Position numbers and translations under genes: made by a program
Shown: positions 56,662 through 64,000 of the stretch, piece after piece
Position numbering within the stretch: the stretch's first letter is position 1
How the letters are laid out: each line of letters opens with the position of its first letter
Source: Pachysolen tannophilus NRRL Y-2460
Lineage: Eukaryota
NCBI GenBank assembly: GCA_001661245.1
Contig: KV454018.1
Location: 743,996 to 807,995, forward strand
Length of the DNA stretch: 64,000 nt
Direction of reading: 5' to 3'
The notes under the pieces: generated by a model
The model's database searches: none
Seen by the model: the letters and a program-made list of their open reading frames with translations, nothing else
Told to the model about the DNA's origin: nothing

Positions 56662-57011
56662 TTTTTTTTTTTTTATTATTATTTATTTATTTATTTATCT
56701 CTTTTTGACCGATAAGCTTACACCGATTTACAGGGAAAAGACACCATATTTAAAATAACACATTATATAGATAATCAATAACATTGTGATAATAAAAGAA
56801 GAATAAAAAGGAATAAAAAAATATAAAAAAAAATCAAGAAAAGAAAAAAAAAATAGGCGAAGGACTCAGGTAGCTATATAGCCAGCTGTATAACCAACTG
56901 AATGTTGCGAAACAAAAAGATATAAAAGGAGTTGAAATTTTTCAACAAAATCTAAAGAAAAAGAAGATGATGATTTTCTTTTCGTTTTAATTCTTATGTT
57001 TTGTAATTCTA

Positions 57012-58499
57012 TTAATTCATATCCTTATGAACTTGAACTTGTTCATCTGTGTTTGAATCAGTGATGTTACCCCAGAAAGGACTTAAATCTTGACCTGCAC
57101 CGTTAAAGATCAACAAGTTTGGAGTATCCTCTGGGACACTAGCCAAGGTATCTTTTGTAGCAAAAGCCAACACTTGTTTTTTCAATTGCAGTGGTGTAAC
57201 AACACCACCGGAAGCGAAAAATTCTGAATCTGAATCTGGATGTAAAGATAAGAAATATGTTAATAAGCCAACAATGTGTGGAGAAGCCATTGAAGTACCA
57301 GACATTGATGTTGTTGCTTCAGGGTAACCGATATAAGTTGATAAGATGTTTAAACCTGGAGCAAAGACATCAACACATTTACCGTAATTTGAAAAATATG
57401 CTCTATAGTCGTAAACACTTGAAGCACCTACTGTGATAGCTAATTCTGCACTTGCTGGAGAAGAATAACAAGCATCATCATTTTCATTACCGGCAGCAAC
57501 ACCGAAATGAATTCCAGCTTTAACTGCAGCATTAACGGCCATATCTAAGGCAGGGGAATTACCACCACCCAAGGACATGTTTGCAGTTGAACCTTTAAAA
57601 CCTTTTTTACCTTCTTTAACAGCCTTTGTGTGAGCATTTGCAACAAATTCAACGCCTTTTATAACATCAGACATGGAACCAGAACCATCTGAACTTAAAA
57701 CTTTAACGGCAACAACTTCGGCATTTTTAGCAATACCATAATCTTTAGACAGAATAGTACCTGCACAATGAGTTCCATGACCATGATCATCTTTATCCTG
57801 ATTACCAGCTGGGATTGTTTTACCCCATTTAGCTCTTCCTTCAAATTGGTTATGTTCAATATAGATACCTGTATCGATAACATAAGCGGTAACACCTTTG
57901 CCACCTTCATCATCATAAAGATAATCATAAGTATCAGCATAATCTAAACTTTTCCTTGATGAAATTCTAGCTAATCCCCAAGGAGAATCTTTTTCAATAG
58001 CGAATTCATTAGCATAAACTTTTGAATCTTTTTCAACAAAGGCAATTAAAGGATCATGACGAATAAATTCTAAAGTTTGAGGTAAAAAAATTCCTGAATA
58101 ACCATGAACCAAATCACCAATTTTAAATTCTTTTAATAAATCTCCAGAGCCTTTAACTTGCAGAATAAATTCATTACCAGGATCTTTTTTTTCTAAAATA
58201 TCAATTTCTATTAATTGTCTTTCCAATACTTGATTTTTATGGAAACGTAATCTTTCTTGATCCAACGTTTTTTTGAAAACAACAATATAAGAATTTGGAA
58301 TAATCTCTCTACCTTTTAATTCAGATGAATAAATAGGAGCAACTTTATCAATTTTATTAAATTTATTAAAAAAAAACTTATGGGCGCTATCCTTGTTTAT
58401 TAACAAATCAGTATCATCATTCCTATAAAGGGTAGGAATAGTTAAAGAATACGATAAAACAGTAAAACTGAAAATAAAAAAAACAAAACTCAATTTCAT
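57012..58499 (-). CDS. PRB1: Subtilisin-like serine protease, vacuolar protease B family
   Basis: Signal peptide, I9 propeptide (PNSYIVVF), YVIDTG, HGHGTHCAGTI, ANMSLGG, SGTSMASPH; could be a paralogue rather than the orthologue. Confidence 0.85.
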   Translation of the reverse strand: MKLSFVFFIFSFTVLSYSLTIPTLYRNDDTDLLINKDSAHKFFFNKFNKIDKVAPIYSSELKGREIIPNSYIVVFKKTLDQERLRFHKNQVLERQLIEIDILEKKDPGNEFILQVKGSGDLLKEFKIGDLVHGYSGIFLPQTLEFIRHDPLIAFVEKDSKVYANEFAIEKDSPWGLARISSRKSLDYADTYDYLYDDEGGKGVTAYVIDTGIYIEHNQFEGRAKWGKTIPAGNQDKDDHGHGTHCAGTILSKDYGIAKNAEVVAVKVLSSDGSGSMSDVIKGVEFVANAHTKAVKEGKKGFKGSTANMSLGGGNSPALDMAVNAAVKAGIHFGVAAGNENDDACYSSPASAELAITVGASSVYDYRAYFSNYGKCVDVFAPGLNILSTYIGYPEATTSMSGTSMASPHIVGLLTYFLSLHPDSDSEFFASGGVVTPLQLKKQVLAFATKDTLASVPEDTPNLLIFNGAGQDLSPFWGNITDSNTDEQVQVHKDMN

Positions 58500-59234
58500 C
58501 TTCTACTCAATCAAATCTATAAAATTGAAATTAAAATAAAATTAAACATATATTACTATTAGTATTATTTGTTAATTATAAAAGTAAAAAAACCACTAGA
58601 AGATTAAAATATAGATAAAATATACAGGAAAAGACACATTAATAGATAAGAGTGATTTTTTTACAAAATGATTTGATTCGCGGCGGCCGCCTAAAAAAGG
58701 AAAATTTCAGGGAAAAAAAAAAACTCCCGCAAAAACGACATGGGGGAAAAGAAGCGGCGGTAGTGGCACCAGTGGCAGCAGCAGTGGCGGCTTTTTATTA
58801 TCAGTGGAAGGAAGGAGTAAAGTAATGGATGGCGGAGAGGGGGGAGTAAAGGGGGTATCAATAGGGGAAAGAAAAAGAAGGGACCGGGGTCGGGACAGAA
58901 GTCGGGGCAGCGGGACGGGCGAGCAAAAAAAAAAAAAAAAACGAGAACGAACCAAAAAAAGAAAAAATTAAGCTTATCTATGTGCAGCAGTATGAGCCAC
59001 TGTCGTGTGAGTGGTGTTAAATGGTGTAGTGTGATATAACAAAAAAGTGTGGTGTGAGTGGTGTGAATGGTGTAGAAATAGCTCAAATAGTGCGGGATGT
59101 ATGTACATGAGGTGTGAGGTGTAGTCTCTGTGTGAGATGTGTTCTCGGTGTAGGTTGTACGGTGTCGGCAGTACAAAGTGGTGTGATATGTACAGCTATT
59201 TGGTTTTGCTTCAAGTGAAAACAGCTTGTTGCTG

Positions 59235-60563
59235 CTACCGCTGTTGCTGCTGTTGTTGTTTTTGCTGTTTTTGCTGTTTTTGCTTAGATTGGCGATTGGC
59301 GCTTGTAGTTGGAAATTCATTTAATCCAATAAAGTTAATCGCTCCATGGTCAACAATAGCTGCAATCAGTGCATTCAGTGGACTTTTGTCTATGAATGCT
59401 TTCATATCTTTTAATTGAAGAAAACCCTCACTACTACTATTTATGACTTTTATCTTAAAATCTGGTGAAATTAATCTTTTTTTAGAGAAATCGGGTTGAG
59501 GCCTCCAAACAAGAAAAGTAGGTGTAAATTTCGAATTTTGAAAATTTTTCTTAATTGGAACTATTTGTAATTTTTGTAAAATAGAATTATATGACTTGTA
59601 ATAAGTATGCTTGAAATGTAATGGATGGAAAATTGAAACTTTAAATAACTGATGTTTTATTAAAACCAATTTAATGTTCTGGAAAAGCTTCATAAAAGGT
59701 TGTAACAACAAATTCTTAAGGTTATTTAATAATAATATAGATAAACTTCTTGAGATGGCAATTTTTAGGTTTGTATAATCTATGCTTGATTCTTCCATAA
59801 AAGAATATTCATTATTTTTTTTAAAATCATTTTCATCTCTTTTGAAAAATGTCTCTTCATTTTCAATTTCGCTTTCACTCTCATTTTCTTCAATATTAGA
59901 ACTTCTCAACACTATATACCCTAATCTTTTTAAATGGCTGTAAACACAATATTCATCATACTGTTGTTGATTCTTAATCAACAATGTATAAATTTCTTCA
60001 AGACTCATCTCTAAACTTTTAAACTCATTCTTTAAATCAAATAATTTTGGATCTTGTAAAATCTTATTCTTATCATATTTTACAATACAACTTCCTCTTT
60101 CTACCAAATATAAAACTTCTTCAAAACCAAGCCATGTCCTATTAAATTTATCTGTATAACCTAAAGTCTTTACAAAACCTCCTTTAGGTTGTATCATATA
60201 ACATTTATCCAAAAAAATATTGTAAAAAATAGTGCTCTGATTAATTCCAACTTGTGATGAAACAAATCCTCTCTTATAACCCAAAGTATCAAACATAACA
60301 GATCTATTGATTTTCAAATTAGCTAAATCATAGTCATTGCCCTCTGATAATGGACCAAAATCTTTACCATTCAGTAATATCCCACCACCATTTTTCAAAC
60401 CTATTCCAAGTTTACTCAATTTCTTCTTATTTTTACTCTTGTTTCCCTCCTTACCTAATAGTTGTGTCCAATCCTGAATACCTTCATTATCCTCATTTTC
60501 TTCATCCTCGTTTCTATGAGTAAAGAGAAGCTTATCCTCTTCATCATACTCCATGAACTCCAT
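59235..60563 (-). CDS. SEN54: tRNA-splicing endonuclease subunit Sen54
   Basis: ATG 60563; QDW, PKGGFVKTLG...WLGFEEVLYLVERGS, YCVYSHLKRLGYIV, VWRPQPDFSK, AIVDHG. Confidence 0.85.
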   Translation of the reverse strand: MEFMEYDEEDKLLFTHRNEDEENEDNEGIQDWTQLLGKEGNKSKNKKKLSKLGIGLKNGGGILLNGKDFGPLSEGNDYDLANLKINRSVMFDTLGYKRGFVSSQVGINQSTIFYNIFLDKCYMIQPKGGFVKTLGYTDKFNRTWLGFEEVLYLVERGSCIVKYDKNKILQDPKLFDLKNEFKSLEMSLEEIYTLLIKNQQQYDEYCVYSHLKRLGYIVLRSSNIEENESESEIENEETFFKRDENDFKKNNEYSFMEESSIDYTNLKIAISRSLSILLLNNLKNLLLQPFMKLFQNIKLVLIKHQLFKVSIFHPLHFKHTYYKSYNSILQKLQIVPIKKNFQNSKFTPTFLVWRPQPDFSKKRLISPDFKIKVINSSSEGFLQLKDMKAFIDKSPLNALIAAIVDHGAINFIGLNEFPTTSANRQSKQKQQKQQKQQQQQQR

Positions 60564-60762
60564 CTCCACAACAGCGTTTTTAATCTCTTTAACAATAAGT
60601 TTTTAAAAAAAAAAAAAAAAAAAATTTTATATTTTTTATACTTTTTTTTTATTTTTATTTTTTTAATTGATCTCATTATATTTTTCACAAAGGAAATCAT
60701 ACTATTGTAAAATTAATATAGTATTTGAAACAAGTTATACAGGATAATTTGTTAACTTAATC

Positions 60763-61149
60763 ATGTCGGGGGTTACAACGTATCAATCTATTTCAGTATC
60801 ACTTTTGGAAGACTTATTAGAACCTATAATAAATGAAATAGTTTTGGAAAGTTTGAACAACGAACAAATATTAAGAATTAAGTATGGGAATTTAAGCAAT
60901 AGATGGGATATATATAATAATAATACAACAAGTTTTAACACTACAGAGAATAATGGTACAGGTAATGGAAGTACCAATGGTAATACTTTAGCTGGCAGTG
61001 CTAATGGTACGCCAGGACCTTCGAATAGTAATAGCAGCAGTAATAACAATATAGAGTATTTCCAGTGTTTAAACTGTGATAGAAGAATTGCAGGCAGTAG
61101 ATTTGCTGCGCATATTGATAAATGTTTAGGTGGTAGGACACGGAAGTAA
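60763..61149 (+). CDS. SGF11: SAGA DUB module subunit Sgf11
   Basis: C-terminal zinc finger YFQCLNCDRRIAGSRFAAHIDKCLG. Confidence 0.9.
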   Translation: MSGVTTYQSISVSLLEDLLEPIINEIVLESLNNEQILRIKYGNLSNRWDIYNNNTTSFNTTENNGTGNGSTNGNTLAGSANGTPGPSNSNSSSNNNIEYFQCLNCDRRIAGSRFAAHIDKCLGGRTRK

Positions 61150-61275
61150 GCATATCAAGAATAATAATAATAATAATAATAATAAAAAATTGATTAAATA
61201 AGCATATATATACATATATATATATATATATATTCGATACATACTGATATAAATATAGAATTTTAGTTTCTTTTA

Positions 61276-61962
61276 CTAGTTTTCTTCCCTATTACTTAGT
61301 TCAACTAGCCATTTAAATATATCTACAATTTCATCATCGTTACAACTATGGCCCAAATTATCGTACTTGCGACATTTAACATTGTTAAACCCAAACTCAT
61401 CAATTAAAATTTTTTGTGTTCTTTCGTACTGTTTAAAATCTATTACTTTGTCCCTTATTCCATGTCCCAAGAAAATTGGAGTATTCAAATTATCCAGCTT
61501 GTTCTGATTCTCCAAGATATAATTATACAAGGGTAAATACCCACTTAGTCCAATTATACCACCCAATTGATAATTGATAAGGTTCACCAAGAGTAAACTT
61601 AATGCACAACCTTGACTAAACCCACCAACTATTATATTGTTTAAAGGTATATTTTTTTCTAAATTTTCATCATTAATAATAGTAATTAAATAGTTTAATG
61701 AAATCAATATATTCATCTTATCCTCATCTACAAGAATATCACTCAAATTCTTAAAATCGTACCATGCTTTAGCCTTGGATTTTTGAAGTGTCAATTTCAA
61801 TACTGGACTATCAAGAAAGATAAAATTAAAATTATCAAGTACCTTAAATTCTCTAGCTCTTTCTGATAAAAAAGTCCACCCATCCGACGAATCCCCGAGG
61901 CCATGCAAAAATATTAAAGTATACTGTGGTTTCGAATCATCTATAGAAGGTATCCTTATCAT
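61276..61962 (-). CDS. Acyl-protein thioesterase 1 / phospholipase-carboxylesterase (YLR118C-like)
   Basis: IFLHGLGDS, AWYD, GGFSQG, LSGYLP, GHGIRDKVI, LGHS. Confidence 0.88.
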   Translation of the reverse strand: MIRIPSIDDSKPQYTLIFLHGLGDSSDGWTFLSERAREFKVLDNFNFIFLDSPVLKLTLQKSKAKAWYDFKNLSDILVDEDKMNILISLNYLITIINDENLEKNIPLNNIIVGGFSQGCALSLLLVNLINYQLGGIIGLSGYLPLYNYILENQNKLDNLNTPIFLGHGIRDKVIDFKQYERTQKILIDEFGFNNVKCRKYDNLGHSCNDDEIVDIFKWLVELSNREEN

Positions 61963-62098
61963 AATAATGGGTCCTAATAGTTTTTATAAAATAAATATAT
62001 TTGATTATGATATAGATTATTTCAAAGTAATTCTTCTAAAATTCTAAATTTTCAAAATAAAAAAAAAAAAAAATTTTTTTTTACATATAGCAAAAAAA

Positions 62099-62116
62099 AA
62101 AATTTTTCAACTCATC
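62099..62116. promoter_or_regulatory. RRPE plus PAC ribosome-biogenesis elements upstream of UTP23
   Basis: AAAATTTTTCA (62099-62109) followed by CTCATC (62111-62116), about 120 bp before the ATG. Confidence 0.65.
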
Positions 62117-62235
62117 AAATAAAAGTTATTATCAAACAATTATAATTAAGTTGTTATCAAAATAAAGAAGAAGTGAAGAAGTGAAGAAGTGTTAAAGAGC
62201 TATAGAGAGCCAAAGAGAGTCAAAGAGAGTTGAGG

Positions 62236-63096
62236 ATGAGACAGAAAAGAGCTAAAGCATATAGAAAACAGATTAATGTTTATGTTCATACTTTTAAGTT
62301 TAGAGCACCTTTCCAAACCATAGTAGATGCAGAGTTAGTATTACATTGTGATAAGACTTCTTTTGATTTACAGAAAGGGTTAGATAGAACTATTCAAGCA
62401 GAAGTAAAACCAATGATTACACAATGTTGTATGCAGGAATTATACAAGTCGAGGAACCAAAGAGCTATAGATTATGCCAAATCATTTGAAAGACGTCGTT
62501 GTAATCATCCACCTTCGGACCCTCTTTCTAGTACCGAATGTATCAAATCGATTGTTGATATAAAAGGTGAAAATAAACATAGATATATAGTGGCAACACA
62601 GCTTGATGAACTTCGAAGATATCTTAGAAAAATTCCTGGTGTTCCATTGGTGTATATGAATAGATCTGTTATGGTTATGGAACCTTTAAGTCAAGCAAGT
62701 TTAAAAATTGAAAAAATTGTTGAAAAAAGGAAATTAACTAAAGGTTTAAATGATGCCAAATATGCAGGACTACCTCATAATGAAGATGAAGAAAAAATTA
62801 ATATCATCAAGATGGAAGGAGAGAAACCCACAGTTTCTAAGAAAAGAAAAATTTCAAAAGAACCAAATCCATTAAGTGTGAAAAAAAAGAAACTGAATAA
62901 ACCAGAACATAATCTGGAAACTAATATCAATAATAATAGTAATAACAAAGATGACAAGACAGAAGATGGTAAGACAAAGAAAAGAAAGAGACACCATGGG
63001 AAGCATAAAATTACTACTATAAATCAAGATATCGAGATTAGCGATAGGCAAGCTGAAAATTTGAGTACCCAGGACAAAGTTCAGGATAATGAATAG
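62236..63096 (+). CDS. UTP23: SSU processome PIN-domain protein Utp23
   Basis: ATG 62236; MRQKRAKAYRKQ, KPMITQCCM, FERRRCNH, NKHRYIVATQ, PGVPL, EPNPLSVKKKK. Confidence 0.95.
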   Translation: MRQKRAKAYRKQINVYVHTFKFRAPFQTIVDAELVLHCDKTSFDLQKGLDRTIQAEVKPMITQCCMQELYKSRNQRAIDYAKSFERRRCNHPPSDPLSSTECIKSIVDIKGENKHRYIVATQLDELRRYLRKIPGVPLVYMNRSVMVMEPLSQASLKIEKIVEKRKLTKGLNDAKYAGLPHNEDEEKINIIKMEGEKPTVSKKRKISKEPNPLSVKKKKLNKPEHNLETNINNNSNNKDDKTEDGKTKKRKRHHGKHKITTINQDIEISDRQAENLSTQDKVQDNE

Positions 63097-63619
63097 ACGG
63101 TAGTGTGGGACGGTAAAGTGTGCCATTTTTAACCAAAGATCAACTGGCATTACTTACTATATATACTTTTCATAGTATATATATTTCCGAAAAGAATTAG
63201 ATATTGATTATCAGAATGTCTCATGATTAGCCGATAGCGAATGATTTAATTCCTAAAATTAGTGAGATTTATTTTTGTCTCTCAAGGCTTTGAACACTTA
63301 TCAGCCTCAAAGATAAAAAAATAAAAAATAAAAAAAAACCAATCATTATGTAAAAAAAAATAATAATAAAAGATTGGTACCTTATCAATGCATAATAGCA
63401 TATGTAGTTGATAGATAGCTGATATTTTTTGCATAGATAGACAATAGATGATCATAAATATATATATATACAATAGTTCAGTTTATTTTTTTTTGGCTAA
63501 GAAAAAAAAAATAAAATTAAGATAAATAGATAAAAGAAAGTAGGTCAATATATATATATATATAGAGAAAGAGAAAGAGTAATTATTATAATAGTTAATT
63601 TTGTTAATAGTAGGCAACA

Positions 63620-64000
63620 ATGGCATCATCTGTCAAGCTTTCCGGTACAACTACTTCTGCACTAGAGCCAATTACTTCGAGGCTTTCTATAATTCAGAGT
63701 AAGCTGACTGAAAAAAGAGAAATTGATCCAAGAAGAGCTAAAGATGAGGAAGAATTATTAAAAGAAATCGGTTATAAGCAAGAATTGCATAGGACTTTTT
63801 CAACTTTTCAAACTTTTGGTATAGCATTTTCTATTATGGGTCTTTTACCTTCAATTGCAACATGTATGGGTACTGGTTTATATACTGGAGCCTCTGGATT
63901 AGTATGGGGTTGGTTTGTTTCTGGAATTTTCATCTTATCGATTGGTGTTGGTATGTCAGAACTTTGTTCTTCAATTCCAACATCTGGTGGGTTATATTAT
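63620..64000 (+). CDS. UGA4: APC-family GABA permease, 5' part (runs off the window)
   Basis: Not in the ORF track; hand translation from ATG 63620 gives LLKEIGYKQELHRTFSTFQTFGIAFSIMGLLPSIA...SELCSSIPTSGGLYY. Confidence 0.85.
   Translation, partial: MASSVKLSGTTTSALEPITSRLSIIQSKLTEKREIDPRRAKDEEELLKEIGYKQELHRTFSTFQTFGIAFSIMGLLPSIATCMGTGLYTGASGLVWGWFVSGIFILSIGVGMSELCSSIPTSGGLYY

Noticed and set aside
13435..57752. CUG-Ser (Candida-type or Ascoidea-type) code
   Set aside because: The diagnostic columns (KRALxEQE, GTIxSK) and the Gly-Ala/Ala-run contexts fit Ala better than Ser or Leu
58691..59320. 209-aa minus-strand ORF overlapping the SEN54 3' end
   Set aside because: Starts inside SEN54 in another frame and is built from the CAC-rich tract and poly-T runs; no recognisable domain
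1..64000. Transposons, LTRs, CRISPR arrays or horizontally acquired gene clusters
   Set aside because: No transposase, RT or integrase motifs, no TG...CA LTR pairs, no repeat-spacer arrays; the recognisable genes are ordinary yeast housekeeping families

Overview
Eukaryotic, very AT-rich budding-yeast (Saccharomycotina) chromosomal DNA from a draft assembly with two N-gaps. It holds about 26 protein genes, one tRNA-Asn gene and two clear spliceosomal introns (SSO1, STM1). In-frame CTG codons fall at positions that are Ala in orthologues (KRAL[CTG]EQE in the FPK1/KIN82 kinase, GTI[CTG]SK in the PRB1-type protease) and inside Ala-rich runs. This points to the CUG-Ala code (Pachysolen/Alaninales type), so the supplied ORF track misreads those codons as Leu. 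Gene order: CYLD-like USP, tRNA-Asn, flocculin-repeat GPI protein, CWC21, Zn2Cys6 TF, Myb/SANT-like orphan, MSH3, FPK1/KIN82, TRM112 (two copies around a gap), a frameshifted ORF at the PET494 syntenic position, DUF866, alpha/beta-hydrolase-Cys-phosphatase fusion, ARG82, SSO1, STB3, STM1, SEC7, SLA1, ARA1, FAA2-like, MSH2, PRB1-like, SEN54, SGF11, acyl-protein thioesterase, UTP23, UGA4 (partial). The best leads are the hydrolase/RNA-triphosphatase-like fusion, the AAA-TAG +1 break in the PET494-position gene, sense-strand CAC-rich tracts after several stop codons, and a recurrent intergenic GCACGACTT motif. All family calls come from motif recognition and recalled sequences; no searches were run.
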